Source: a virus. From it: a stretch of DNA of 64,000 nucleotides. A program made the translations under genes and the position numbers. Every line of letters starts with the position of its first letter. The first letter of the stretch is position 1. Shown one piece after another: positions 38,620 through 48,818 of the stretch. The stretch is taken from positions 25,960 to 89,959 of IMG/VR virus record IMGVR_UViG_3300042882_000327. One strand, given 5' to 3'. The notes under the pieces are model-generated. The model was not told the DNA's origin and ran no database searches. It was given only the letters and a program-made list of their open reading frames with translations.

Positions 38620-40398
38620 TTAGAACTGTCCAATTACTGTGGAGAATTCTACGCCACTTCTTACGGCTACAAAATTTAGCTGAATAAAGTTAATTGATCT
38701 TGCTGGTTTGATGTAGATATCACCAACAAAAGCATTTCTGTCAATTACATCTGGGGTATTATTTGTTTCATCACAAATAACTTTGAAGTCAATAATACCA
38801 CGACGACCTTTAACAGTTCTTAGATATGGTTCAATCATAGCAACGAACTGTGCTCTGGTAAACGCATCATTGAATTCGAATAGGCTATATCTTGCAGATC
38901 TGGAGATAGCTTTTTCTAGAGTAATGAATAGTCTACGAACATTGATTCTATCAAATGCTGAAGGCTTTGCTTGCATGGTCTTGTCACCTAGTAGAACAAC
39001 ACCTTCGCCCTTCATGAAGATAACAGGATTAACACCATTTTTGTATAGTGCATCTCTTTCTGTCAGATTTGGCGACCAAGCTAATTTAACAACATTTTTA
39101 ATCTTGCCACGATTGAAACCGCCTGGAGAGAACCAAGGATCGGCAACAGAGTCAGTATAAGCACACAGACCAGCAATGTCAGCATTCAAAGGAACCCAAC
39201 GATAAACGTTGTTGTAACGATCATATTGATATTTCCAACCGGAGTCAGAAACCATATATGAACTGGATCTTGATAGAGTGTTTAGGAAGCTGTCATTATC
39301 TGTTACGATTCTTTCGACTTCTTGATTCGGTTTATTCACAACATCCGAGAATCTTGGAGAAACGAATAACATCAAATCCTTTCTACCAACAGTTGGAGAT
39401 TCGGATTCTGGTCCTAGAACAATTTCATCTAGAACATGTTGAGCAACTCCGACACTAGAAGAACCAACGAATGCAAGAGAAATTTCGTATCTATCCTTAT
39501 CTTTGAATCTATCCCAGTTTAATTCTAATGCTCCGTCAGAAGGAGTAGAACCATTAGCACCACCAGTTAAAGTAACAGTATAGTTTGATGGAGAGTAGAA
39601 TCCAGATCCCATAGTAAGATCCGAAGACAATTTGCCCCATGTTGTAGAAGTATTCGAAAAATCTACTGGGTCCATTGCATAGATATACTGAGAATTTTGT
39701 TTTAGATATTCTTTGTAATAAGAACTTCTACCATTAATATCAACAGCATCAAATGATTTTGATAGAAATGCAAACTTCTCAATAATTGTATTTGCTTTTC
39801 CGGTAAATCCACCAGCAGAGTCGATAACAACAATATGTAATTCGTCATTGGCAACGTAGTTACCAGTCTTTTCAATGATATATTGAGAAGTTCCTGGAGC
39901 ATTGTCGAAATAACGGGAATAATTCCAATCTGTAAAATCGGAATTTTTTGCACAAATGGAAACTGTTAAAGAATTTCCTAGTGTTCCTGGATATCTAGCA
40001 GCAAATGGACCAAAAGAATTTGTATTATTAGCGTAGAAGTACGTAGATTCGAATGTATCTTGGTTTTTGCATAGCAAAGTTCTGCTAACATTTGCAGTAG
40101 CATTGTTTGCGGTATTTGCGTCAACAGTTCTTACTACATACAATGCGTTGGTATAAGATAAGAAGTTCGCGCAAGAAAAGAAAGAAACAGCAGAAAAAGA
40201 ATTTTCTATTGTTGATACTGGTTTTCCAAAAACTTCTATTAATTGATTTTCGTCAGAAATCAATGAAGGATCGTCACATGGACCCCAGTTGAATTGTCCT
40301 ACATAAGCTCCAACGGAGGTTGCTACACTAGGTACGATAGTGGTTAAGTCAATTTCGTTGACAGCAATTCCAGGGCTTAGTTGATTAATTATGCTCAT
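38620..40398 (-). CDS. gp18: tail sheath protein
   Basis: SPGIAVNEIDLT, PWFSPGG, FDRINVRRLF, KPARSINFIQLNF. Confidence 0.97.
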   Translation of the reverse strand: MSIINQLSPGIAVNEIDLTTIVPSVATSVGAYVGQFNWGPCDDPSLISDENQLIEVFGKPVSTIENSFSAVSFFSCANFLSYTNALYVVRTVDANTANNATANVSRTLLCKNQDTFESTYFYANNTNSFGPFAARYPGTLGNSLTVSICAKNSDFTDWNYSRYFDNAPGTSQYIIEKTGNYVANDELHIVVIDSAGGFTGKANTIIEKFAFLSKSFDAVDINGRSSYYKEYLKQNSQYIYAMDPVDFSNTSTTWGKLSSDLTMGSGFYSPSNYTVTLTGGANGSTPSDGALELNWDRFKDKDRYEISLAFVGSSSVGVAQHVLDEIVLGPESESPTVGRKDLMLFVSPRFSDVVNKPNQEVERIVTDNDSFLNTLSRSSSYMVSDSGWKYQYDRYNNVYRWVPLNADIAGLCAYTDSVADPWFSPGGFNRGKIKNVVKLAWSPNLTERDALYKNGVNPVIFMKGEGVVLLGDKTMQAKPSAFDRINVRRLFITLEKAISRSARYSLFEFNDAFTRAQFVAMIEPYLRTVKGRRGIIDFKVICDETNNTPDVIDRNAFVGDIYIKPARSINFIQLNFVAVRSGVEFSTVIGQF

Positions 40399-40438
40399 AT
40401 ATAATCTCCTTTAATAAAAAATATGTTTTATTATAAAT

Positions 40439-40446
40439 TATTTAGT
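40439..40446 (-). promoter_or_regulatory. late promoter variant for gp18
   Basis: ACTAAATA. Confidence 0.6.
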
Positions 40447-40489
40447 AAATCACACTTTTTCACCAAAGATTAGTTGGAATTTTAAGACG

Positions 40490-40497
40490 TATAAATA
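40490..40497 (+). promoter_or_regulatory. T4-type late promoter on the plus strand
   Basis: Perfect TATAAATA directly ahead of the structured ORF-free region. Confidence 0.65.
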
Positions 40498-40499
40498 AA

Positions 40500-40810
40500 C
40501 ACAGACAATTGCTATAGATAGCACATCATCAAGCAACATATAAAGTTGTTCTTGCGCTGATGGTCAACCCAATAGTTCAAAGCTCACGGCGGATAATGGC
40601 TCTATACGACGATAACCATTAAAGAATTGGATGTAGTTTCAAGTGCTACCAATTTCTTACAGCTAGTTAAGACGAAGGTAAAAGGAGACAGCTAACCCCC
40701 CTTGTATACCTGTAATAAGGTTCTTCTACTTGAAATGCAAACCGAAATGGCTCCATACGATGACGTTTCAAAATTGCAACTTGCCCGTGTAGGGTAAGTT
40801 GCACCCAAAA
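40500..40810 (+). ncRNA. candidate structured non-coding RNA of unknown family
   Basis: Multiple hairpins, a 9-nt loop-distal pairing, duplicated 18-nt motif, G-U pairs favouring plus strand, no ORF. Confidence 0.6.
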
Positions 40811-40840
40811 TTCACCCTCGATGACTAAAGTTAGATTAAA

Positions 40841-42547
40841 TTAACCTCTAAAGAAATTATCAAAAAGTTCTTTATAGATATCATCATTTTTAGTACCCAG
40901 ATTAGCATTAACCCACAAAGTGCCATCTTCCTGATAGAAATCTAATTGCATTCCATTTGTTGGACCAATTACAGGTAACATTTCATCGTCATCAAATTCT
41001 TCAAAATGTTCTATTTGTAATTGTCTTTTAATATCATGTGATACAATTTCTTTAAATAATTTTTGTGAAGCTAACCAAGCAAATATTACTAAAGTCATTG
41101 CTATGTCATCATTACAACCTTCTTCTGCTCTGTATGTTGGACCATCTACTACAAATGTAGTTAGTTCAGAAATAGTTTCAAAATCATTAATGATTAGTTT
41201 ATCATTTTCTATTAATGTTTTTAATGATGAACATCCTACTCTTTTAACCAAAGGACTCATCTTCAATCCAGAGAATGTTTTACCGGATCTTAATGAAATT
41301 GTTTGAGCTTTTTTATTCCCCGACGATACCCTAAAAACATTTTCATATCCCAAATCTTCTTGTAATATGTCTGCTACTTGTGGATTATTATTGATTTCCA
41401 CCAAAACGTGTGCAGTGTTGTAATAATCCGCACATGCTTTGACAATAGCTGGTAATACCATAGGAGAAATATTATTGTTTCTATATACTGCTACTTGTTT
41501 ATATGGAATTGCTGAAATATCAAACACAGAAAATGCAGAATAGTCTAAATTCTTTCCTTCCGAGACATCTACAGTAATTGCATATAAATGATCTCCAGAT
41601 ATGGGTTTTCCTGTATAATCATCAATTGTTTCTTTTACAGGTTGCTCGTATATTGTCATATTGGAATATTCGCCAATAGGTTCTTTGTACGGAAGACAAG
41701 CTAATTTTTCTCCAGAGATTAATGTATTGGTTGAACCGAGGAACGAACATTCAATTTCTTGTGCGAATTGTCTTTCTGAAGTATTTCTTATAAATTCTTC
41801 TTTCCACTTCTCATCTCTTCCCGGAACTTGAGTCCAGTGAACGTCGATACATGAATAATCATTTTTTCCAGATTTTGCATCGGTAAAGATTTTATAGAAT
41901 AGATTCATACCATTAGGAGTACTAATGATAGTGATCTTTGTTTTTTCGCCGGAAGAAATAACTGGATATACCGATGTAAAGAATTCTTCGGCTAGATTAT
42001 TATGAACGTGGGCGAATTCGTCAAGTATGACATGGGTATAACTTCCGCCTCGCACTGCTGATGAAGATGTTGCGGCGGCGGTTACTTTCGATCCGTTTTC
42101 TAATTCAATATTACCTTTATTCCACACTACTACCCCTTGTTGCAAGAACATGGGCAGATTTTCGTATGATCTTTGATACCTATCAAGAAGATCCCTAGCC
42201 AATGACCCTTTATTAGCAAGGATAACAATATTTTGTGTATCTTTAAATAGAGATGACCATAAAACATAACCTATAGTAGTTTGACTTTTACCAGATTGGC
42301 GACCAATTCTGCCTACAACGCGACGATTATCGTAAATAGTCTTGATCATCTCTCTTTGGAAATCATATAACTTGAAAGGGATCACACCCCTATCAACGTG
42401 AATGATTTTCATGTAATTTTCTATAAAATATATCGGATCTTGGGAACATTTTAAATATTCCTCTAGTTGCTCCTGAGTATATTCTAATTGAACATTACAT
42501 CTTTTTAAGAGTGGATTCGCTCGGTAGCTATCACTCAAATCCGTCAT
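40841..42547 (-). CDS. gp17: terminase large subunit
   Basis: GRQSGKS, ILDEFAH, ISTPNG, VDVSEG, NDDIAM. Confidence 0.97.
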   Translation of the reverse strand: MTDLSDSYRANPLLKRCNVQLEYTQEQLEEYLKCSQDPIYFIENYMKIIHVDRGVIPFKLYDFQREMIKTIYDNRRVVGRIGRQSGKSQTTIGYVLWSSLFKDTQNIVILANKGSLARDLLDRYQRSYENLPMFLQQGVVVWNKGNIELENGSKVTAAATSSSAVRGGSYTHVILDEFAHVHNNLAEEFFTSVYPVISSGEKTKITIISTPNGMNLFYKIFTDAKSGKNDYSCIDVHWTQVPGRDEKWKEEFIRNTSERQFAQEIECSFLGSTNTLISGEKLACLPYKEPIGEYSNMTIYEQPVKETIDDYTGKPISGDHLYAITVDVSEGKNLDYSAFSVFDISAIPYKQVAVYRNNNISPMVLPAIVKACADYYNTAHVLVEINNNPQVADILQEDLGYENVFRVSSGNKKAQTISLRSGKTFSGLKMSPLVKRVGCSSLKTLIENDKLIINDFETISELTTFVVDGPTYRAEEGCNDDIAMTLVIFAWLASQKLFKEIVSHDIKRQLQIEHFEEFDDDEMLPVIGPTNGMQLDFYQEDGTLWVNANLGTKNDDIYKELFDNFFRG

Positions 42548-42548
42548 A

Positions 42549-42995
42549 TTAATTTATCTCTTTAATATTATCTTCGTTCATTTGTTTTACTAGTTTCGAT
42601 AGCTCCGAAGTAGAACCGACAAATAGTGCATTCTTGATTGTTGTTTGACCATCAGAAGAACCTTTTTGTTTGTAGTTTGATATTTCTCTCACTTTTTTGT
42701 GGAGATCAATCATTCTTTCGTTTGCTTCGATGGTATTTTTTAATAGCCCAGCAGCAACTTCAAAATCTCGTCCTTTTTCCGATTCTCTTGCTATAGCTAG
42801 AATATCATCAATTGCATCTTTACTTTTTTCTATCAATTCATGCATATTTTCTCTAGCAATTTCATAATCTTTTTTCAGATCTAATTCTAGAGTTTCGTGC
42901 GGAATTGAATCGTATGTTTTTTTGGGAAGATTAGACGGTTCTACAGGAGTTACATCGAAGAACTCTTCCATATTTTTTTCAAATTTACTTGTCAT
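42549..42995 (-). CDS. gp16: terminase small subunit
   Basis: DYEIAREN, RDFEVA, NALFVGSTSEL. Confidence 0.9.
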   Translation of the reverse strand: MTSKFEKNMEEFFDVTPVEPSNLPKKTYDSIPHETLELDLKKDYEIARENMHELIEKSKDAIDDILAIARESEKGRDFEVAAGLLKNTIEANERMIDLHKKVREISNYKQKGSSDGQTTIKNALFVGSTSELSKLVKQMNEDNIKEIN

Positions 42996-42999
42996 AGTA

Positions 43000-44040
43000 T
43001 TATGTATTTGGGTATTCTGTTACTATCGTATTTGCTGTCCAATAAGAATTTGCGTTGGCGTTTGTGGGATCTGCGGTTGTTGTTATTCTCATTGCTATTA
43101 CAGTATTTACCGATGGAGCAATTGGGATATGTATAGATAGTGTTTCGGAACCGATTATAGGTTGATTTAATTTAAAATCACCACAAACATCCGATATAAT
43201 TATAGTATTTGCGTTTGCATCCCACAATTGAACTTTACCTGTCGCGTAGGCATAATCCAAAGATTGTCCTTGATATACTAATTCTTTATTACCATAATCT
43301 CCATATCCATTAGGAAGTACAGTATATGATTTCGAGATTTCTCCTGTACAACAAACTCCTTCTCCATCGAAATTTGAAGAAACTCCTGTAGAGGTTGAAA
43401 TATTTAAAGTTGTATTTGCGATTAGTTTAGTATCTTTTATTGCACCGAATATAAATGCTTTTACTGTAAATTTTAATGACCAAATTACTGTTCTTACTTC
43501 TGAATTGAAGTCTCCATCAGATTCTATTATTTGTTGAACATCGTTAAGAACAATCGGAACTGATTTGGATATTCCCATTTCCGGAACAAGATTTAATTTC
43601 ATTGAGTAATCCGGAGTAAAATAAGGAATTATTTGTTCGATTATTTGATTTCCGTCTTCGACATTTCTAGTATAAATTGTCAATGAAAATCCAAAATCAT
43701 ACGGTACTGGATTATACATTGAAAGAGCATTTGCTCCACCAGACGGACTAGAAGCAAAATTTTTGTTATTAGTATTTAATTTTCTAGAAGCATCATAATT
43801 AAATCCTACCATTTCATACGACATTCTAGGAAGTGCTATCTGAATTTTTTTCTGTAATTCCGGATCTCCTCTTAAACGTTTTACATATTTTTCGCCATCA
43901 CCATATTCTATGGGAACAATAAATCTTTGATTTTCTGTATTATTAGGATTTTGTCTTATTAAAACGATATTATTAAATAATGAAGCAAATGCAATATTAA
44001 TTTTTCTAATAGTTTTATAATAATTACTTAATGTTGTCAA
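43000..44040 (-). CDS. gp15: tail sheath stabiliser / tail terminator
   Basis: VPIEYG, LPRMSYE, PVPYDF, QIIEQIIPYFTP. Confidence 0.9.
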   Translation of the reverse strand: MTTLSNYYKTIRKINIAFASLFNNIVLIRQNPNNTENQRFIVPIEYGDGEKYVKRLRGDPELQKKIQIALPRMSYEMVGFNYDASRKLNTNNKNFASSPSGGANALSMYNPVPYDFGFSLTIYTRNVEDGNQIIEQIIPYFTPDYSMKLNLVPEMGISKSVPIVLNDVQQIIESDGDFNSEVRTVIWSLKFTVKAFIFGAIKDTKLIANTTLNISTSTGVSSNFDGEGVCCTGEISKSYTVLPNGYGDYGNKELVYQGQSLDYAYATGKVQLWDANANTIIISDVCGDFKLNQPIIGSETLSIHIPIAPSVNTVIAMRITTTADPTNANANSYWTANTIVTEYPNT

Positions 44041-44915
44041 AATAATCCTCCAAATGGATTAGATTCAGAGGTATCAATAAAATTATCTACCTGAGTTTCT
44101 ATTACTTTATTATCCCAAGAATTTTCTTTTTGCGAATAATTCAAAGGATCGTATGTTTGTAATATGTATCTAGCATTACTAGAGTTTCCTATAATAGTTT
44201 CTGTATTAGAAAATACTCCAGAAATATTTGTAAGCGTTAAAGTATTTGCTGGATAATTCCAACCGTGTACTGTTCCTTTTGCCGTGGATGATAAAACATT
44301 AGCTCCTTGAAAAGCAATCTCATTGATTGTATAATTACCAGTTCCGGAGGAAACTATATATTCTATAGAATATGCATCCATTTCATTTATGATATCAATA
44401 TCTTCGATACCAGTATTGATTTCATCGTTTGAATATTTGAATAGTTCTAATTCAAGTTCCCAATAATATGGAGAAGATCTACCCAGAGTAAAGAAATCCG
44501 TAGCATCGTTTACAAATTTAATTTCATAAAGTTCTCCGGTTCCCGATAAAAATGGAATATAAACTAAATCTCCTTCTCTTGGTCTTTGAAATTTATCTTG
44601 AGGAACTCTTTTAGCAAATGCTCTTCTTGGCATTTGAATTCTTATAGAGTTTTTAATTTCTAAGCCAAATTTGGAAAAAAATTCTCCGGACATTCCAGGA
44701 TCTACAGAATTTGAAAGATAGACTTCTAGAGGATATGCTGCCTCAAATTTTTTAAGAGGATCATCTGAGAATACTAAATCCCTTGCTTGGTCATTTGAAT
44801 TTGGTAAATAATAACAATCAAATCCCATGATTTTGACTGCTTCGTGAATTAAATCCTCAACAAGATTTTGTTCTGGCTTGGATTTGTAATTATTAAAAAA
44901 TGCTGAAGTAGCCAT
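44037..44915 (-). CDS. gp14: neck protein
   Basis: EQNLVEDL, SKFGLEI, RPREGDLVY, ESNPFG. Confidence 0.92.
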   Translation of the reverse strand: MATSAFFNNYKSKPEQNLVEDLIHEAVKIMGFDCYYLPNSNDQARDLVFSDDPLKKFEAAYPLEVYLSNSVDPGMSGEFFSKFGLEIKNSIRIQMPRRAFAKRVPQDKFQRPREGDLVYIPFLSGTGELYEIKFVNDATDFFTLGRSSPYYWELELELFKYSNDEINTGIEDIDIINEMDAYSIEYIVSSGTGNYTINEIAFQGANVLSSTAKGTVHGWNYPANTLTLTNISGVFSNTETIIGNSSNARYILQTYDPLNYSQKENSWDNKVIETQVDNFIDTSESNPFGGLF

Positions 44916-44919
44916 TATT

Positions 44920-45708
44920 TTATATGTCCGATATTAATTTATATCCTTCCGGCTCTGTTCCCGGAAAACAATATTTAAATTTGTTTAATTCAATATTTAT
45001 GTATTTTTTTCTTCCTATTTTGGATTCGGAAACTTTTTTTCGATTTTCTGGATCGGCCATAGAATTTCTTTCTCCCATTCCTTTCCCTGTTCTGGATTGT
45101 TTTTGTTTTTCCACAGTTTCTTTTGAAGGTTTTTTCCCTAATCTACTTTTTGAGATTTTTTCTTTTGCTTCTTCTGTGTGCGAATAAGTCATTCCTAAAG
45201 CATATTGGTTTCCTATTAATGATTCGGAAATTTTTTTGGAAGTTTCTTCTTTCTGTTCTTCGGTTAGGTTTTCGTACCATTGTTTCATTATTTCGGAATG
45301 TTTGGATTTAAATTTTTCATCTTTAAATCTTTCGAGAGCTTTTTTTCTTATTTTATTTTTGGTCGAGCGCCCACATTTTCTTCCATGTGATCCTTCACCG
45401 CCCAGAGTTAAATTGTAACCCTTGCAATCTATAAACCCACAATATGATTTATATTCGAGGATGAAATAATTTTCCATTACATTTTTTGTATGTTCTCTAT
45501 ATTTAGATTGATATAGAACTTCCCACGAAAAATTATTAATTCCATATTTTCTAATTGCTTCATAAAATGCAGAAAAATGTTTATTATTTAGTTTTTCTGT
45601 GACATTTTTTATATGGTCTTTTTTCCTTTTATCAAAGTTTTGGGTAAAACCAATGTAGACTTTTCCGTTAATTACATTTTTTGCTTTATATATGGTATAA
45701 ATATTCAT
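44920..45708 (-). mobile_element. free-standing GIY-YIG homing endonuclease (Seg-like, NUMOD3 repeats)
   Basis: TIY...KVYIG, GYNLTLGGEG, HTEEAKEKISKSRLG; inserted between gp13 and gp14. Confidence 0.88.
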
Positions 45709-45775
45709 AGCTGAATCTCCTATATTAAAGTTTTGGATTTAGAGTAGGTGGGAATGCTGGTTCCGCGACCTACAT
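45709..45775 (-). promoter_or_regulatory. candidate structured leader of the homing endonuclease
   Basis: GUAGGU/ACCUAC stem with inner GGAA/UUCC stem, then SD AGGAG; GC-rich in AT-rich context. Confidence 0.45.
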
Positions 45776-45791
45776 TTTTTTAAAAATTAAT

Positions 45792-46538
45792 TTACCCCAT
45801 CATTAGCTCGCACGGGAGTTCGTACTTATCTTGCATTTCCGCTTCGAGTTGTTTTATTTGTTGAAGAGCATCTTGATAGATATTATCACCATTTAAATTG
45901 ATACCACCCGGAAGAGTTATCCCTTGGAATTTACGAAGATTCTCTCCCCATTGACGTTTAATTAATGCAGTAGCATATTCTTTTATCCAACGATCATTAT
46001 AAACATCATTAAAAATTTCTGGATCGATTAATTTATAACATTCAAATACTAATTCTGTTCCTTCTGGACATTGGGAAGTTCCCCAACCCATATCAGCATA
46101 TACTCTATTCTGATGTCTTTGAAATCTAATAGGAATTTCTCCGACAAATAATAATTCCAAAGATCTTATATGTTGCATAGCTATTGTGTATGACAACATT
46201 GAAGTGGAAGAAAGATCCCAAAGATTATTAAGAATCAATTGATATCTAATATCCCACATATAAGATTTAGAAAGAAGATTATTGAGAGGAAGAATTCTTG
46301 TCACGCCAGTAATAGAATCGTCTACTGAAATATATCTATTTTCAATATCCGTTGATGTTACAGTATGTTTTAAGTATGTTTTAATTACAGCATCGTAATG
46401 ATAATCGGAATAAAATTGAAATGCGTCAGATATACGATCTTCAATCTGTTCATCGGAAATATTAATTTCTATGACAGGAAAACCGAGTCTTCTTAGACAA
46501 TAATCTTTTAATTCTTCTCTTGATGATACTGTTGACAT
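45792..46538 (-). CDS. gp13: neck protein
   Basis: LKDYCLRRLGFPVIEIN, YNDRWIKEYATALIKRQWG, LPGG. Confidence 0.93.
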   Translation of the reverse strand: MSTVSSREELKDYCLRRLGFPVIEINISDEQIEDRISDAFQFYSDYHYDAVIKTYLKHTVTSTDIENRYISVDDSITGVTRILPLNNLLSKSYMWDIRYQLILNNLWDLSSTSMLSYTIAMQHIRSLELLFVGEIPIRFQRHQNRVYADMGWGTSQCPEGTELVFECYKLIDPEIFNDVYNDRWIKEYATALIKRQWGENLRKFQGITLPGGINLNGDNIYQDALQQIKQLEAEMQDKYELPCELMMG

Positions 46539-46591
46539 TTGAGTTTAAATTCCTTAGTTAATTTTAAATTTTAATTTTCATTAATAAGAAT

Positions 46592-47251
46592 CTATTCTAT
46601 TAATGGTAGAGTTTTGTTTTCTAACAAATTCTTAATTTCTTCGGATTCGATTAATTGTCTGATTTGAGTTACGTTTTCTGGAAATAACCTATCTTGTACT
46701 CTACCATCTTCTATGCATTGTTTTATATTTGTTATTTCTGGTAGAATACTTGATTTGAAATCTGGATGCATTCTCATAGTATTGAATTCGTCTATGGGAA
46801 TAGTTCCGGATGTTATAAGACAATTTTCCGCCCTATTAATTAACTCCAATCTCCATTCTTCACGTTGAGAAATTTCGCTGGCTTCTGAGTCGGGTACGTG
46901 AGAATATTTTCTATGAGGTTCTATTCTACGTATACATTCTTCTATAAATTCCAGTTCTTCTGATGCAGCTTTCACGGTGTTGTTAAATGTGTCCTCCACA
47001 GCTTCTAATTCCGCCAAATCTGCTTCTGCTAATAAAATTTCTACCTCATCGGGGCTATTTAATGCTCTTGAGGCAGATAGTTTTTTCGCTTTATTTTTTA
47101 ATAATGTGGTTTTCGTCATTTTTAGTGCATTCGACCTGTCTTCTCTTAGATCTTTTAGAATAAAGTATGCTCCATCTGTCGTGTGACACGACCCCACTAA
47201 AAAGTATAAAATTTGAAAATTTGTGTTTAATCTGTTATTACTAGAATGCAT
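46592..47251 (-). CDS. hypothetical coiled-coil protein, fibre/adhesin associated
   Basis: 219-aa ORF after second adhesin-like gene. Confidence 0.55.
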   Translation of the reverse strand: MHSSNNRLNTNFQILYFLVGSCHTTDGAYFILKDLREDRSNALKMTKTTLLKNKAKKLSASRALNSPDEVEILLAEADLAELEAVEDTFNNTVKAASEELEFIEECIRRIEPHRKYSHVPDSEASEISQREEWRLELINRAENCLITSGTIPIDEFNTMRMHPDFKSSILPEITNIKQCIEDGRVQDRLFPENVTQIRQLIESEEIKNLLENKTLPLIE

Positions 47252-47268
47252 AATATTGTCCTAAAAAA

Positions 47269-48282
47269 TTAAAAACTTCCGGGAGGATTTGATGCTGCTC
47301 CGGTCCCATCGGCATTATATGGAAAAACATTACTAACCGTTATCGAAGTATCGGAAGAATAAGTATATTGTAAAATATTCGTACTAGAAGCATAACATCC
47401 TATAGTACCGTTACCGGCTCCAGAATGTCCCTGTGGAGAATTAGGAAGAGCATTTCTATTGACAAAGGCATTATTGCTATATGTGTACCTACCATGACTA
47501 TTATAGTGTGATATATACGCATCAGTCGTTGTAGAGGTTGAAGCCGCAAAATATGCACTAAAATAAAGATATCCGACAGTTTTTGTGTTGTTTGTTAGAT
47601 TCCATCTATCTAGTTTGTTAGTTCCTGTATATGAGGAAAAGAAATATCCATAAGTGCTATTATTTGTTCCGGTACAAAAATAATCTGTATCTGTTAGATT
47701 AGTACCAGAAACACATGAATTTGTGGAGTAAGTATAAATGGAGGTTGTATTAGTATACAAATTTATGGAACTTAATTGTGAATGACTAAATACAGCTTGT
47801 GTTGCATTTCCTATAGCAGATCCTGCCGAATGTACTCTATTTAAGTTAGTAGAGTTTGTATACGAGTTATTTGAGAATGTGAATCTTGTTGTGGTAGCTA
47901 TATAGTAACCCTCGACACCACCTCCCATAAATGCAAATGTGGATGTACTAGTAACGGCTCTGGCCGAAGATGTTCTAGCGGTAGGTACTGAAGTAGTTTC
48001 GACGGATAAACCAGTAGAATACCCATACTTACGACTATTAAAAGTTATAAGACCTACCCCCCAACCAGACCCTAGATATAGGCCATATTGACTTGTAATA
48101 TCATTAGCTTTTCCATAGAAATTACTAATAGATATCTGTCCAGAAGCCACTCCAGCCAAAGTTCTTAGTGGTGTTTCGTTTAGATTGGAAGATTGCGTTG
48201 CAGTCCTGCCCAATTCCAAATTTATAGACTGACCAACAGTCGTGCCACCAATTGATAATGTTCCTGTAGTATTTAAAGGCAT
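47269..48282 (-). CDS. putative tail-fibre adhesin 2 (gp38-like N-terminus, repeat-rich beta C-terminus)
   Basis: N-terminus ...RTLAGVASGQISISNFYGK paralogous to 49592-50569. Confidence 0.55.
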   Translation of the reverse strand: MPLNTTGTLSIGGTTVGQSINLELGRTATQSSNLNETPLRTLAGVASGQISISNFYGKANDITSQYGLYLGSGWGVGLITFNSRKYGYSTGLSVETTSVPTARTSSARAVTSTSTFAFMGGGVEGYYIATTTRFTFSNNSYTNSTNLNRVHSAGSAIGNATQAVFSHSQLSSINLYTNTTSIYTYSTNSCVSGTNLTDTDYFCTGTNNSTYGYFFSSYTGTNKLDRWNLTNNTKTVGYLYFSAYFAASTSTTTDAYISHYNSHGRYTYSNNAFVNRNALPNSPQGHSGAGNGTIGCYASSTNILQYTYSSDTSITVSNVFPYNADGTGAASNPPGSF

Positions 48283-48286
48283 TATT

Positions 48287-48772
48287 TTATCCGCTTATTG
48301 GATATGGTGGTTTGGATATATTCTGAATTTCCCATGTTTGCAAAGATTCGTCCCAATAATAGTCTTGTCCATCTTCTGGTTTTGGAATTGGTGACATCCA
48401 AGAATTTGTTTCTTCGCTCCATGACCAACTTGGATATGGTTGTGGTCCTTTATCGCGTTCTTTTGCCAAATGAAAATATAAAGAATATAAAGAATCGTAT
48501 AATTCTTTATAAGTCATCGACTTTCCAGAATTTTGCTTGGTTTCGGAATCTACAATATCAAAAACGGTATTTGAATTTTCTTGTGTAAGAGATTTGTATA
48601 CAGGACACAATGGATTGTATTGTTTTTTTAGCAAAGTACCATCGGTAAAATTAAATAATTCTTCTTCTATATATGTGATGGAAGGAGATTCCCCATAGTC
48701 GTTTAAAAGAACAATTTTATTTGCTCTTATCCAAGTTTCTCCATTTACATTAGTTTTATCGTAATTTGGCAT
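48287..48772 (-). CDS. fibre-associated protein, fusion of two neighbouring gene types
   Basis: N-part paralogous to 50573-50926; C-part PQPYPSW paralogous to 49220-49585. Confidence 0.6.
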   Translation of the reverse strand: MPNYDKTNVNGETWIRANKIVLLNDYGESPSITYIEEELFNFTDGTLLKKQYNPLCPVYKSLTQENSNTVFDIVDSETKQNSGKSMTYKELYDSLYSLYFHLAKERDKGPQPYPSWSWSEETNSWMSPIPKPEDGQDYYWDESLQTWEIQNISKPPYPISG

Positions 48773-48818
48773 TAATTCACCTTCTATTGATCTTTTTGTT
48801 ATCTATAAAAATAAATAT

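Noticed and set aside
40681-40720. SD-like AAAGGAG in the gp17-gp18 gap suggesting a small gene
   Set aside because: No suitably spaced start codon; the sequence pairs with CCCCTT within a stem
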